A stretch of DNA of 63,974 nt, the filler included, from Ministeria vibrans ATCC 50519 (taxonomy: Eukaryota > Protista > Filasterea), in the NCBI GenBank assembly GCA_943704425.1. It is 7 parts of 7 records of this genome, joined end to end, with 100 filler letters (N's around TTAATTAATTAA, not from the genome) between each part and the next. Parts side by side here need not be neighbours in the genome. Positions count along the whole stretch, not along the records: positions 62,422 to 63,974 come from CALSCP010001356.1; 6 more parts are not named here. One strand, given 5' to 3'. The notes beneath the pieces are model-generated. The model did no database searches and had not been told where the DNA came from. It saw only the letters and a program-made list of their open reading frames with translations. A program made the position numbers and the translations under genes. Positions 63,712-63,974 of this stretch are shown in pieces (the first letter of the stretch is position 1; every line of letters begins with the position of its first letter).

Positions 63712-63974
63712 GCGTAGCAATACACCTTACAACACAAAAAAAAAAATCAAAACCTTATCTTTCGTACGAGTGTGTTGTGCGTCTCAGTCCTCAGACACTC
63801 CCAAGTCAATATTCAACTCAAGTCTCAAAACTAAAATCTAAGAAGTATCAACTCATTCCATTTCCCGTGTTATCGTGCGTGAGTCCCGCCGACTCTCCCT
63901 GCCGCTGTTCGCTGTCCCTTGGCATTGACTGCTCTTCTCTTCGTGTGTTGTAAAAAAAAAAAAAAAAAAATCCA

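Overview
Gene-dense, intron-rich eukaryotic DNA, most likely from a flagellated unicellular holozoan. This is an inference from a tyrosine kinase, a KCTD10/BACURD orthologue, a Cys-cluster SNAP-25, a Cu-only-SOD repeat protein and TMEM107, together with short introns and microsatellite-filled AT-rich spacers. The window is not one continuous locus: six 100-bp N-TTAATTAATTAA-N linkers join seven contigs, so many genes are truncated and adjacency across linkers is meaningless. Housekeeping content includes TSC2, TUBGCP4, PSMB2, BCKDHB, cofilin, SNAP-25, an FBXO31-like gene, a P450 and tRNA-Phe. The leading candidate for an undescribed system is a 15.4-kb gene (7269-22687) for a type I surface protein of roughly 4,300 aa. 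Its scaffold resembles bacterial RDPPG-motif proteins and carries two long amphipathic beta-hairpin-like segments. A ~1,750-aa nested insert (PAN array > RCC1-like propeller > 10 EGF repeats plus furin-type sites) appears to interrupt one scaffold domain. The second candidate is a DUF4395(CxGC)-SLAC1/TDT anion channel-hemerythrin-like fusion, possibly a sensor-gated channel. Other oddities are a ZZ zinc finger fused to an acyl-CoA synthetase, SOD repeats lacking copper ligands, a vitellogenin-N-like protein, a tRNA with an inverted 53-61 pair and an intronic minisatellite family. All family calls come from motif recognition by eye; no searches were run.
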